From: an uncultured Clostridia bacterium
Lineage (GTDB): Bacteria > Bacillota > Clostridia > Christensenellales > UBA1242
Assembly (NCBI GenBank): GCA_944377825.1
Contig: CALWGA010000050.1
Location: forward strand, 329 to 64,328
DNA: 64,000 nucleotides
Direction: 5' to 3'
Positions within the stretch are counted from its first letter, which is position 1, and the number at the start of each line of letters is the position of its first letter. A program made the translations under genes and the position numbers. The notes beneath the pieces are model-generated. The model did not search any database. It saw only the letters and a list, made by a program, of their open reading frames with translations, and was not told the DNA's origin. Positions 18,775-29,824 of this stretch are shown piece after piece.

Positions 18775-21700
18775 CTATAAACTCGTGAAATCTCTGCTGA
18801 CGCCCATACCAAAATCTGTCAAGTATAGAGTATGCTCCGACTCGCCGTTTTCCATATAGAAGGTGTAGGTCACGTCATGGCTGTAGATTGGAAGAATATA
18901 GAAATTATCTGTGTCCATAGAGCCATCTGCACGGAGATTTGCACCAAAACTAACTGTTGTTATCACTGTTTCTCCATCAATGTCAAGCGTTGCGGTTGAA
19001 GGAGAATAGAACGAGTTGGTAGTTTGAACGATATGTCCCCTGTCGGTCTCTGCTGATGTTTCTGTGAAATTAAGTTCATTTACAAACATCGTTCCGCTTC
19101 CTGGCAAAATCCCGCTACTTGTGATAAGGTTATAGTTATATGAAGAATTTGATATATATGCACTCTCAGTGAATTCTTCTGGACTACTCCACCCCATATT
19201 ATAACTTAAAACATTAGCAGTATACGCGCTCACGGTGTTGTTGACACTCACCATATTGCTCAAAGTGTAGCCAACAATCTCGCCAAGGTAGACATCTAAG
19301 ATTGTTCCATAAGTATACGCTAAAACATATGCATCAAACTGAACATTGTTTGCTTCGCTTAGATACTGCGAATTGATAACGCTTCTATCGTCACTCGTGT
19401 AGATGTCAGTAGAAAGAACATACTCTTCAGCGTCAATAGCCTGTGTAAATTCTAGGTATGACGAGTCATCTGTTCCGCTGTTTCGCAATGATTCATAGTA
19501 GTTATTAATGCTGTTTTTCAAACTCTCTGTTAAATCAGCGGTTATATTTATGCTTGATGTGTCAGTCGCCGAGCCAATCATGCCTCCGATAGACGCTTGC
19601 GATTGTTGTGTGGATAAAACTGAGAGATAGCCGTTGGTGTAATTGATGTTACGCATGTTGACAACATTGTTTATGCCTGTTACTCCGCCGACGATACCAC
19701 CCACCGAACTAAAGCCGATGTAAGAGCCTTGAATGTCGATATTAGTTATAGTCACACTTCCGCTCACTGTTCCGATTAAGCCACCAAGATAGGAAACGCC
19801 TGAGGTGTTTGTGGAACTTGAGAGATTTAGGCTTTGGTTAGCGGAAACATCGTTTATTTCTCCGCTCGACATAAGCCCAACAACTCCACCAACCGCAGTT
19901 GGATAGTTTGGAATGTTGTTGAATATCGTTTCATAAAGCCCTGTTCCAATAACATCAACACTGCTTATTCTTCCAGCACTTTCTCCGATAACAAGTCCGC
20001 CATAAAAGTAAGCATTAATCATGAAATCTTCATCCACGGTCAAGGTCAAGTTGGACGCTCTTGCTTCTCTGCCAACCATTCCAATAAGACCACCAGCGGT
20101 TGAACCTATCACGGAGACGGCAGAAGATACAGATGCCTTATTGACAATTCCACTGCCACCAGCCACGCCGACAATGGCGCCAGCGTATGAACTACTGCTG
20201 AAATCAGAACTGTTTTCATTGAAAAAGTTTGCACTGCTACTTGATGGAATGTAAGTCGCCCTTGCTGAAGCGTAAGAGGAGACATTTTCAATGTCATAAT
20301 ATCCAACTGCAATTCCCACAAGACCACCACTTATGTTGTTTGCTGAAATCATGACATCGCTATCGCCTAACAAATTCACATTTGTTATAATTCCGCCGTC
20401 TAAGCGCCCTGTGATACCACCAGAAACTTGCGTGTTAGTGAACACCATCTCCGCAGGTTCCAAGTTGAAATTCATCACCGTTCCAATAGCATCTTGTCTT
20501 GTGGAAGAGCCGATTTCCGCAAAGAAGCCAGCATAGGTCAATCTTTCACTTGTCACCATGCGCACATTTGAAATCGTCAAGAAATTGCCCTCTAAGTAAC
20601 CCATAAATCGTGTTCTAAAGAGTTCGCTGTTGTCATCATAATCTGAATAATCTATATTATTGATGAGTCTATAGTAAGCGTGATTGTAATTGTTGTTGTC
20701 ATTTTCGTTTAAGATGTAATTTTCAAAGTTTTCGGCGTTATCAAGCAAAATAGGATTTGTTATACTGCCACTTTCTCCACTTTCTGCCGTGTTCAAGTAG
20801 TGATAGATAACCATGCTTACGCCAGTTTCGGCATCCACAACCTCTTCTGCTGAATATAGATATCTTTGTGAGAATGCGATGATATTAGGCGCGACAAGTT
20901 CCAACCTGTTCAAATTGAAATTCTGCCCGTCGTAATACGCGGAAGTGTTGGTGTTGTTATAGAACCAAACTGCATTATAGCCTCTATCTGAAGAATAAAC
21001 AAAGTTTTGGAAATGCTCAGCAAAATCTTCGTCAGTGATGTTGAAATCTTCAATAGTCAAAGGTTCAATGGAAGTGTTTGCGTTGTTATCAATTGTTGCA
21101 ATACTAACATTGACATTTTCTTCACTATCACTTAAATAGTAAGCATCTTGAATGGTTCCAGAGTTTGCTCTTGCAAAGCCGTAACTTAACGTGCTGTTGC
21201 TTGTTAAAACACTTGTTGAGAAGGACGAACTCACACTTCCACCCGATTGATTGCTGAACACAAAGCCAGACGCATAGGAACTTGTGTTGTTCATGTAGAT
21301 GTTAGAATAAGAGTTGGAAATCTCGCCTGAATTCATGAACACAAAGCCAGAAATTGCGTTATGTGAGGTTATGAAACTTTCGCTATCTCTGCTGTAAACA
21401 TTTTCGCCGTCATTTACCACGCCCGAAACATACGATGTGTTAATCTCTCCACTGTTTGTCACAACAAAGCCGGCAGTATATTCCGTCGTTGTGGTCGTTT
21501 CATTTCGTAGTGCTCCACCATAGAAATATGATGAAGATATCGTTCCTGAGTTATTACCAACAAAACCTGCTAAGTTAACATTTGTGAATATGCTTACCGA
21601 ACTTCTCGAATTGGTGATAATTCCAGAGTTTCTGCCCACCATTCCGGCAACATATGAGCCAGAACTAACGCAAGAAACGGACAATGCAGAATTGTTGTTT

Positions 21701-24700
21701 GCAACCACACTGCAGTTTGTTATAACGCCACTGTTAGTTCCTGCAATCAGGCCTAAATTGAAACTTGAACTTGTTAAAGTGAAGATTGTGTTGGAATAGA
21801 GTTCGACTGTTAGATTTCGCACAACCACATTATCGTCATTCACGCCTATCGTCTCAAAAACGCCAACACTACTGCCGTCGAAGGTGTAGTTTCCGCCAAA
21901 TAGGAGTGAGTAGCCATTGCCGTCAAAGCCAGCCACATTTGCCGTTATCGGCGTGAAAGGATTGATGCTGTCATTGTTTGGCAAGATAATATCGTTAAGT
22001 AGGATATAGTATTGCCCATCTTCCATATCCATAAGTTCTTCATATGTTTCAATAGGAAGAGGACTTTCGTTTGTCGATTGCTGATGGATGCTAAATGAGA
22101 ACTCTGTGTAAATTCTTTGACTGTCTAGCGCTCCCGCTGTGTCGACCACATAAAGTCCATTTCTTCTAACAAAATTCGCTTCCATCGAGAAATGATAGAT
22201 GTCTTGCTCTGGCTCGTAAAGCCTTATGCCTGTAAAGACAAGTCCATGAATATAGTAGTAATCACTTCGAATGTCGGTGTTTGCATTAAGAACCAAACCA
22301 TCTCTGCCGGTGGACGAATCATAAATTCTAAAGGTTGCATTGTTTGTTAAGGAGTTGATAAATTCTTGCACATTTCTAACAACCGAATTGTTAGAAGTAT
22401 CATATTCAATGAAATCCCAAATATCAACTTCAAGCGTGTAGGCATTTCCAACGGCAGTGCTAATCACTCCCTCTTCCATACCTCGAACAATGTCCTCATA
22501 TTGACCTTGAATATATTGATAGTCAAACACAAACTCCATTATATACACAGTGAGAATTTCGGAGTACTGCACTGTGACATTGTCGACAACTCGGCTGGCG
22601 TTCACATAGATGTAGAAACGATAGCCAATATCGTCATTAGGTGTTATCACATTGTCGGTTATCTCCAAGGTGTAGGCTGTTCCATTTCCAACAAGCGTTG
22701 CCACATCGCTTGAGATTGTGATGTCAATATCTTCAAGTCCGAAACCATAGTAGTCAAGCGTCATGCCATAATCAAGTCCGCGTGCAACATAGTAGACATC
22801 ACTCTCTTCTCTGTCGTCAAAGGATAGATGTGCATAATTTGCAAGTTTTGTTGTGAGATTAACTTCTTCATATTCCACTTGACCGCTCAAGTAAGAAACT
22901 TCAATATCAAACCTAATCGGCATCTCATCCTGAACGCCAAGCGAACCTAAAAGGTATCGAATGTAGATTTTTCCATTGTAACTCTCGCCGTGATTTTCAA
23001 GATAGTCAACATAGTCGTCATAAGTGAAACTGAGTGATCCACCATAGTTTGAGCCGAAGTTAACATCTGGAACAAAACTTACAACCCCATTTGTTGTGCT
23101 TTGATAAACAAAGGTAAAGTCAACCTCGCCTGCGCCCTCGCTGTAATTTATGCTATTGTTCCTGATTGTAAAGGTGTTAAATTCAGCGTCCACTGGGTCA
23201 ATGCTTATCTCTAAAATTCCATATTGAGATGGCACAATTGTCTCATCACGCACGCTGATATCTCTAATATTCGAATAGTTCACTGCTTCCACATTTGTTA
23301 TCTCTGCTTCGCTTAGGAAGAAGACAAAGTTGGTGTGAACGCCGTTAAATAATTCGTTGGCATAGAAGACAATTCGGTATTCGCCATAGATGTCCGCGTT
23401 TGCTCTGTTTAAATACCTTGCGCTTGTTTTGTTGACGCTTAATTCAAAGGTCATCTCGTTGTTATTTAAAACTTTGTTTATCTTTAGATTGAATAAGTCA
23501 CTGTTTGAATTTAGCATATAAGATTGATATTGCGCTAAATATGCATCTTCTTCAAAATTAATTATCCAATCTGTGCTCATTCTCTGTTGAATTAGATGTT
23601 CATTATTGTTGTCATCAGTATAGTAAATTTCATAATAAACAAACTCGTCATTTCGTGATGTGACATTGATTTTTTCGGTGTAAGTGTCGTTGGTTCTCAT
23701 GGATATAAGATTGGAAGAGACATTGATGGCAGTTGCCGTTTCTCTATACTCAACATCAATTTCAACATCGGCGTTATTTTTGGACGCTCCGATAGGCAGT
23801 CTGTAGACATTTCCGCCAACTTCTGTTTCAAGGTATGAGGTCAAACTGTAGGTATCTGTTCCCTGCAAATTATCGCCATTTCCATAGAACAATATCGACT
23901 GCCCGCTGACTTGATAGGTTGTGTAAAGTGGATTTTCGCAAGTCGCATCAACCACCACACTATCGTTTTGGTTGAGCCTTATGCTGACATTGTTAAGTAG
24001 GAATGTGCCGTCTGAGTTTATCACAACATCTCTTCTCTCTCCATTAGACATTTCATAGGAAAGATTACCAGAACTTAAACTGTAGGTTGGAACGGCGTAG
24101 ATAGAGGTCTGTCTTGTTCCATAAACCACAACCTGTGAGCCGTCGATAAGATTGAGAGAGTTGGTTGTGTTAGACGAATAGAATATTGAATTTTCCGACT
24201 GAATATCTAAATAGTTCACAATGTAAAGATAGATATTGATAGAGGTCTGCACATTCAAAATCGATTGCAAACTAACTATGGCTGTTCCATTTGAATATGT
24301 TGTCAAACTGCCATCCGCATCCACTCTCAAAAGGTTGGTCGATGTAGACAAAATTTGTGCGTCACGCGTGTTTAGTGCAAATGGATAGAGACTTGAGTTT
24401 GGAGAAAATCTGTTTATCGACGTATCTTCAATATAGTCTTGAGCGACGCCGTCAGCATCTTCCGTCAGCATTCCGCTGAAATAGAACATCAAAAAGACGT
24501 TCTCTTCGCCGTTTTCTGAAGTCATAGCAAACATGCTTTCTTGTAAACCTAAATTGACAGCCTGTTTTGTAAATACAAATTGTTCAACAATAGTGTTGCC
24601 GTTGTAAACGAGATAGTCGCCATAATAACTTGAAGTTGAGGTGTCTGATTGATTGATTTCTTCACCCGTATCACCATTTCGATTTCGTGAAACATAAGAG

Positions 24701-27700
24701 CAAACTTCAAAAAGTGCGGTTGTCACGCCTGGGGATATATAACTTCTGCCGTTATCAAAAGAGTTACCTATTGCCACAATAACCTCTTCTGTCACGCCAT
24801 CACTTTCGTTTATATTATCTTCGGTGAGTTTCACAGTTGTTCCACGTAGTAGCATCATGGAACTATCAAACGCACCTCTGCCATCGTCCACTGCTTCAAT
24901 AGCATTTATGGTATTTGCTAGTATTACCCTTCCTCCATCTTGTGTCTCAAAACTTCCACTCTCATCAGTTTCATAGAGAAGATAGTTGACATTTGTGTTT
25001 AATTCAATGCCTAAAATTCCTCCAACATAAAGTTGACCGCGCACGAAAGTTCTTGAGATATTTCCAAGGATATATATATTGTTCTCCCCCGCTCCAGCGT
25101 ATCCGACAATTCCACCCACCGCGCTTGTTGTTGCATCTGATTGAACGTCAACTTCGCCACCAACAAGCAAGTTGTAGATGGTTGCTCTTGGAATTTCGTT
25201 TGAAGTATAGTCGATAGGATTATCGTTGACATAGAAATTTTCTTCATCGCCGGCATCATCCAGTTGTCGAATTATGTTTGAAGATATATTGGCATCTCCT
25301 TGGAAATAACCAACTGCGCCACCTGCGAACAACCTATTCGCCGAAGAGCCAGAAATCTCGATATTTATGTAACTTGAATATGACGCATAGCCATAGACGC
25401 TGAGGTCACTGTTGTCTATCCTATATATATCGCCATAACTTATGCCTGCAATACCGCCAGCATACACACTTGAGTTTACTCCAGTGCCGTCGATGACGAT
25501 GCTGAGTTTAGCATTAAAATAGGCAAGATTTCTTGGCGATTGTCCTTCAAATTCGCCGACCTTATCTTCAATGGTGTAATAAGCGCTCTCTTCCTCTGTT
25601 TTTTCAACATAGGAGTTAAAGTTTTGCACAATTTCGCCAACCGCATAATCGTTGGTATTTCCATCAACACTATAAGTATAGACCGCATTTGAGCCAACAA
25701 GCCCGCCGATAGCATACTCGCCACTGTTGCAAATCAAAATCTCCGACGCGCCTGTGATTTCCGCTCCAACATTGGAAAGTTTGCCATAGTTTACGCCTGC
25801 AAGCAAGCCCGCATAGAAATTGGAGTTAGGAAGATTTGTGGTGTTAAGATTTATAGTTCCAGAAACCGTTAAATTCTTGATGTATCCATCATAGTTTATT
25901 TGAGCAAACAAGCCCGCATAATAGGTAGTTCCAGAGGCTATAGCCGTGATATTTCCATTTTCCGCCTCATCAACCGAAGTTAAAGTTATGTTAAAGTTGG
26001 AAATACCCGCCTGCGAGGTCGTGCCCACAATGGAGCCAGAAAAACCTACTAACTGCTTACCGCTTGCGGTGTTAACAAAGCCTAAAGTCTCACTTTTCAC
26101 TGTTGACATGTCGATATTTGTTCGAATTTCATAGTGACTCGACAAGGTCTCTTCGTTGTTATTTATTGCCAGCACATCTTCCGGAGAGTCGATTATATAT
26201 CTATTCGCCTCCGTGCCATTTCGATAGGATATATCAATTCTAATTGGCGTATGTTCGCCAAGCACAGAATAATCTTCTCCCCACTCGACAGGATAGATAT
26301 ATAAAGTTCCACCAAGTGCCGTTTCAATGGTGTTGATGATATTGCTGTTTGCATTATAGAAATCTTCAACAGAAATTTCAATCAGATAAACGCCCAAACT
26401 CTGCTCTATGATGTTTGTCGTCACAAGCCCTCTTGACGTTGCATTGTCAGCAACAAATTGCGCGTTAAGTTCGATGTTTGTGGCGTTTGTTGGATTGACA
26501 AAAACAATCACTGAATCGCTAAAATAACCATTAGTGAAGGCGAATTCGTCAATACTAGAAGCGGTGCTAACCCTTTCGACTTGGATATATTCAGAAGTGA
26601 TAATGTTGGCGTTATATTGCATCTCTGTGTAGTTACGTTGTCTTATATATGAGTGCAAAACAAAGTCTCCGCTAGTCGAAGCGATATGCGTGTAGGTAAA
26701 GGTGTTTAAATCAAACCTTCCTTGAATGCCGGAGGCTCCAGCGAGCATATATTCGTTTGTGAAATCGATGTTGATATTAAAGTCGATATTGTTAAAATTG
26801 CAAGTGGTGGAGACATCTACTATGTCAAACATTATGCCGTTGCCAAATTCCAAATAGAGAGGATAAGTGGAAGTGAGACCACTTGCAGAACTAATTGTTA
26901 TCACTGCTACAGCAGAAGTGGTCAACGCTTTCGAGTTTGCGTCAGCATAAAAGTAGATAAAATCTCTGCTATATGGACTATATTCAAGTTCAGACACAAT
27001 GTAACTATCGTCTACACTAAGAGTGATAGGCGTATTGCTTACTATATCCTCTGTCACTCCCGCAGTCATTGCGCCAATCAACTCTTCAATCAATCCAGCA
27101 ATTTCGTTAGTTGTCGATAGTTCTTCATCAACTATAATCTCATTCATTAAATCGTCGAAAAATGAGTCGCTGATTTTATACTTATAAAAACCAAATGCCT
27201 CTTGATTTTCCGCGTGAACATCAAAGGTCACACTGGTCGATTCCGTTGGCAAATTTGCACTTTGTCCGTAATAGACCACATTGTCAACGGCAAAACTGCC
27301 TCCATTCATAAGGTAGAATTCATCAAGTAGTGAATAGGACACAACCTCAACATAGTATTCAACCGAAACTGTCGACCTGTTTAACGAACCGCTGACTCCG
27401 TTTCCCTCAACAGTGAAGGTTATATACGCCTCTCCATTCTCATTTGTTGAAATAACATAAGAAAATGTGCCATCACTTCCAACAGAGATTACATTGCCAT
27501 TGTCGACATCAGGCTCTTCAATAGACTCAATATTACCATAAAATCCAAGCCTAACCTCGCTGCCATAGATGACAGTGTGACTATCGTCATCACTTGAAGT
27601 TGGGTTTAAAATCTCAAGAAAGAGCGTGTTGGTGTAAACATCTTCAGCATCCTCAGCAAAATTGGTCGATTTATATTCATAATAACCGACATGGTCAGAC

Positions 27701-29811
27701 GACAAAAGTTCCACGCCAAAATCATCCGTTTGAAGTGTGTCAATAACACTTATCGTCACACTCACAAACACACCATTATCCAGCATCACTTGATACATTC
27801 CAGTGCCTGTGGTAAGCGGATTGACATATAGATTTAACGCATAATACAGCGTGTCGCCGTTTTCATCTCTCCTTTCCTTGCAACATTCTTCGTCGACAAC
27901 GAAAGACACCACGTTCGTGCCTGACATATGTCTCACTGTCACCTCTTGGAAACGGCTTTCAGTGTAAAGATAGTCACCTAGACTTACCATACCTTCTGCT
28001 TGCCTATCTATAAAAATCATTTCGCCATTGCCATAACTTTGATTACGAGTGATTTCACTTGCTCCTGCAATTATATCAAAATACACTTGGCAAGAGATAG
28101 ATATAACATTTTCCGAGTTCGCTTCGTCACCTGAAACTAAATAATAGATTGTTATAGTGAAATAGTTTCCATCACTTTCATTAGCATCCGTTCTTCCGCG
28201 ATAGAAGAAATTTGTTTCAAGGTCAGTAATTTGCCTGTCACTGACAACTTCTCCATTCGTTCCTTGTCTAAAATCGATGATTTGGCTATCGAAATTGATT
28301 GTTGCGTAACTAAATGTTGGCTCTGCGTCTAAGCCACTTGAGAGCGAAACATCAAGTTCCATCCAGCCAAATTCAGGAAATCTATAGAAATTATATATAT
28401 AGATAGGATTTTCTTCCGAACTATAGGAAGAAGCACTGACATTATTCAAAAGAATATCGGTGGCAACTAAGTCAATCTCAACCTGAGCAGTTGGATTGTA
28501 ATTGACATTATAATCATTAACCTCTTCCATGCCTTCATATCGAACATAAAGACTGAAATTTTGAATATCACTGCTAAATGAGGAGGTTCTTATTATTATA
28601 TAGAAAGCGTTGTCTGCGTCTCCCTCTCCGTCGTCTATTTCAAGCGAGTCCCATGCCTCTTGGTCATAAGTTTCAAGCGAAAGATTGTTGCCGACATTTG
28701 AAACACCAAACTCTAAGTTAGATAGATTGATGTCTGTCACTAATTTTATAACATAAGCATCAAATTGACTGTTATTTGGAACAATTTTGAGAACATCATC
28801 TAAATCTATCTGCGTAGACAAATCGACTGACTTTGTTTCAATTTCATTCTCGCCAATCTCTGTTTTTACATATCCGCCATATGCCGTGACGCCCAAATTT
28901 TGATAGATTGACACTTTGTGAAGTTGATGAAGATAGTTTGTCGTTCCTAATTCGGCGTTTTCATATATGGAATAGTTATAGAAAGCGATTATGTCGAAAC
29001 TATCGTTTATAAGTGCGTCAGTTAGACTGTCAAGATATAGAGCGCTTTCCTCGTCACTATTTGCCACAACCACGCCGTTGTTATATAGATATAACACATC
29101 GTTAACAATCTCTGCACTATCAAACTTTAAGGCTTCCAACTCAATCCTTGTTCTCTCGCCGATAAAACGCAAAGTGGCGTTATTTGGCGTGATTATATTG
29201 TTGACATCGGAAAAATCAAACTCGGCTTCAATGAAACTATCAAAATTCATAGAAGAAATATCGACACCGCTCACATTTCCATCAAAATAGAGATAATAGA
29301 ACGACATATCTTTATCTGTGGCGTTAGCATCGAAATTGTAATAACCGCTATTCAAATTCAAACTTGTGGCAGGGAAGTTTTCATTGCCGGTTGTCAAATA
29401 CAACTGACTGTTGTTAAATTCCATAGTTGAAGAGTGCTCAACAACATTCAGTCTTATCGTTGTCCACTTATATCCCTCTTCAGAAGTCGCCATCAAATTG
29501 ACGCTTCCGCCTTCAAGTCCAGCAACTGTCACTGTGGCAACATTTTCATTGTAACTGACATTTGTGATATTGACAACGCTCTCGTTGTCAACCGAAAATC
29601 TTAAAACTCTATAAAAGGAACTTGAGGCATTTTCAATCGTAAAATCGATGTCTCTTGTCTCTCCGACCTCCAAATCAACCGACGGCACACTTGTGGAAAT
29701 TGTGACATTGGAGTAGTCAACTGCATTACATCCAACAAAAAAGAGTCCTGCAAACGCAAATGCGATTGCAGTTAATATGCTAAGTAAGATGTTTTTCTTA
29801 AGTTTTGACAT
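18775..29811 (-). CDS. Giant (3,678-aa) surface lipoprotein with an Ig-like (Big_2-type) N-terminal domain and many GLUG-type beta-helix repeats
   Basis: Start trimmed to ATG 29811 (AGGAGGAGT RBS), giving MSKLKKNILLSILTAIAFAFAGLFFVGC (signal peptide plus lipobox Cys). VDLEVGETRDIDF...VATVTVAGLEGGSVNLMATS is Big_2-like. There are dozens of repeats of the form (Y/F)xGG(L/I)(V/A)Gxnx G.I.N, e.g. IGGLVGSNAV, YAGGIAGISYGDIYRI, YVAGMVGRNSGIITNS, NLAGFVGNNSGTISSS. No LPXTG motif. Confidence 0.8.
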   Translation of the reverse strand: MSKLKKNILLSILTAIAFAFAGLFFVGCNAVDYSNVTISTSVPSVDLEVGETRDIDFTIENASSSFYRVLRFSVDNESVVNITNVSYNENVATVTVAGLEGGSVNLMATSEEGYKWTTIRLNVVEHSSTMEFNNSQLYLTTGNENFPATSLNLNSGYYNFDANATDKDMSFYYLYFDGNVSGVDISSMNFDSFIEAEFDFSDVNNIITPNNATLRFIGERTRIELEALKFDSAEIVNDVLYLYNNGVVVANSDEESALYLDSLTDALINDSFDIIAFYNYSIYENAELGTTNYLHQLHKVSIYQNLGVTAYGGYVKTEIGENEIETKSVDLSTQIDLDDVLKIVPNNSQFDAYVIKLVTDINLSNLEFGVSNVGNNLSLETYDQEAWDSLEIDDGEGDADNAFYIIIRTSSFSSDIQNFSLYVRYEGMEEVNDYNVNYNPTAQVEIDLVATDILLNNVSASSYSSEENPIYIYNFYRFPEFGWMELDVSLSSGLDAEPTFSYATINFDSQIIDFRQGTNGEVVSDRQITDLETNFFYRGRTDANESDGNYFTITIYYLVSGDEANSENVISISCQVYFDIIAGASEITRNQSYGNGEMIFIDRQAEGMVSLGDYLYTESRFQEVTVRHMSGTNVVSFVVDEECCKERRDENGDTLYYALNLYVNPLTTGTGMYQVMLDNGVFVSVTISVIDTLQTDDFGVELLSSDHVGYYEYKSTNFAEDAEDVYTNTLFLEILNPTSSDDDSHTVIYGSEVRLGFYGNIESIEEPDVDNGNVISVGSDGTFSYVISTNENGEAYITFTVEGNGVSGSLNRSTVSVEYYVEVVSYSLLDEFYLMNGGSFAVDNVVYYGQSANLPTESTSVTFDVHAENQEAFGFYKYKISDSFFDDLMNEIIVDEELSTTNEIAGLIEELIGAMTAGVTEDIVSNTPITLSVDDSYIVSELEYSPYSRDFIYFYADANSKALTTSAVAVITISSASGLTSTYPLYLEFGNGIMFDIVDVSTTCNFNNIDFNINIDFTNEYMLAGASGIQGRFDLNTFTYTHIASTSGDFVLHSYIRQRNYTEMQYNANIITSEYIQVERVSTASSIDEFAFTNGYFSDSVIVFVNPTNATNIELNAQFVADNATSRGLVTTNIIEQSLGVYLIEISVEDFYNANSNIINTIETALGGTLYIYPVEWGEDYSVLGEHTPIRIDISYRNGTEANRYIIDSPEDVLAINNNEETLSSHYEIRTNIDMSTVKSETLGFVNTASGKQLVGFSGSIVGTTSQAGISNFNITLTSVDEAENGNITAIASGTTYYAGLFAQINYDGYIKNLTVSGTINLNTTNLPNSNFYAGLLAGVNYGKLSNVGAEITGASEILICNSGEYAIGGLVGSNAVYTYSVDGNTNDYAVGEIVQNFNSYVEKTEEESAYYTIEDKVGEFEGQSPRNLAYFNAKLSIVIDGTGVNSSVYAGGIAGISYGDIYRIDNSDLSVYGYASYSSYINIEISGSSANRLFAGGAVGYFQGDANISSNIIRQLDDAGDEENFYVNDNPIDYTSNEIPRATIYNLLVGGEVDVQSDATTSAVGGIVGYAGAGENNIYILGNISRTFVRGQLYVGGILGIELNTNVNYLLYETDESGSFETQDGGRVILANTINAIEAVDDGRGAFDSSMMLLRGTTVKLTEDNINESDGVTEEVIVAIGNSFDNGRSYISPGVTTALFEVCSYVSRNRNGDTGEEINQSDTSTSSYYGDYLVYNGNTIVEQFVFTKQAVNLGLQESMFAMTSENGEENVFLMFYFSGMLTEDADGVAQDYIEDTSINRFSPNSSLYPFALNTRDAQILSTSTNLLRVDADGSLTTYSNGTAIVSLQSILNVQTSINIYLYIVNYLDIQSENSIFYSSNTTNSLNLIDGSQVVVYGTRQTSIYAVPTYSLSSGNLSYEMSNGERRDVVINSDGTFLLNNVSIRLNQNDSVVVDATCENPLYTTYQVSGQSILFYGNGDNLQGTDTYSLTSYLETEVGGNVYRLPIGASKNNADVEIDVEYRETATAINVSSNLISMRTNDTYTEKINVTSRNDEFVYYEIYYTDDNNNEHLIQQRMSTDWIINFEEDAYLAQYQSYMLNSNSDLFNLKINKVLNNNEMTFELSVNKTSARYLNRANADIYGEYRIVFYANELFNGVHTNFVFFLSEAEITNVEAVNYSNIRDISVRDETIVPSQYGILEISIDPVDAEFNTFTIRNNSINYSEGAGEVDFTFVYQSTTNGVVSFVPDVNFGSNYGGSLSFTYDDYVDYLENHGESYNGKIYIRYLLGSLGVQDEMPIRFDIEVSYLSGQVEYEEVNLTTKLANYAHLSFDDREESDVYYVARGLDYGMTLDYYGFGLEDIDITISSDVATLVGNGTAYTLEITDNVITPNDDIGYRFYIYVNASRVVDNVTVQYSEILTVYIMEFVFDYQYIQGQYEDIVRGMEEGVISTAVGNAYTLEVDIWDFIEYDTSNNSVVRNVQEFINSLTNNATFRIYDSSTGRDGLVLNANTDIRSDYYYIHGLVFTGIRLYEPEQDIYHFSMEANFVRRNGLYVVDTAGALDSQRIYTEFSFSIHQQSTNESPLPIETYEELMDMEDGQYYILLNDIILPNNDSINPFTPITANVAGFDGNGYSLLFGGNYTFDGSSVGVFETIGVNDDNVVVRNLTVELYSNTIFTLTSSSFNLGLIAGTNSGVITNCSVVANNNSALSVSCVSSGSYVAGMVGRNSGIITNSRSSVSIFTNVNLAGFVGNNSGTISSSYFYGGALRNETTTTTEYTAGFVVTNSGEINTSYVSGVVNDGENVYSRDSESFITSHNAISGFVFMNSGEISNSYSNIYMNNTSSYASGFVFSNQSGGSVSSSFSTSVLTSNSTLSYGFARANSGTIQDAYYLSDSEENVNVSIATIDNNANTSIEPLTIEDFNITDEDFAEHFQNFVYSSDRGYNAVWFYNNTNTSAYYDGQNFNLNRLELVAPNIIAFSQRYLYSAEEVVDAETGVSMVIYHYLNTAESGESGSITNPILLDNAENFENYILNENDNNNYNHAYYRLINNIDYSDYDDNSELFRTRFMGYLEGNFLTISNVRMVTSERLTYAGFFAEIGSSTRQDAIGTVMNFNLEPAEMVFTNTQVSGGITGRLDGGIITNVNLLGDSDVMISANNISGGLVGIAVGYYDIENVSSYASARATYIPSSSSANFFNENSSDFSSSSYAGAIVGVAGGSGIVNKASVSSAVSVIGSTAGGLIGMVGREARASNLTLTVDEDFMINAYFYGGLVIGESAGRISSVDVIGTGLYETIFNNIPNYPTAVGGVVGLMSSGEINDVSANQSLNLSSSTNTSGVSYLGGLIGTVSGSVTITNIDIQGSYIGFSSVGGIVGGVTGINNVVNMRNINYTNGYLSVLSTQQSQASIGGMIGSATDTSSINITADLTESLKNSINNYYESLRNSGTDDSSYLEFTQAIDAEEYVLSTDIYTSDDRSVINSQYLSEANNVQFDAYVLAYTYGTILDVYLGEIVGYTLSNMVSVNNTVSAYTANVLSYNMGWSSPEEFTESAYISNSSYNYNLITSSGILPGSGTMFVNELNFTETSAETDRGHIVQTTNSFYSPSTATLDIDGETVITTVSFGANLRADGSMDTDNFYILPIYSHDVTYTFYMENGESEHTLYLTDFGMGVSRDFTSL

Positions 29812-29824
29812 ACTCCTCCTTTTA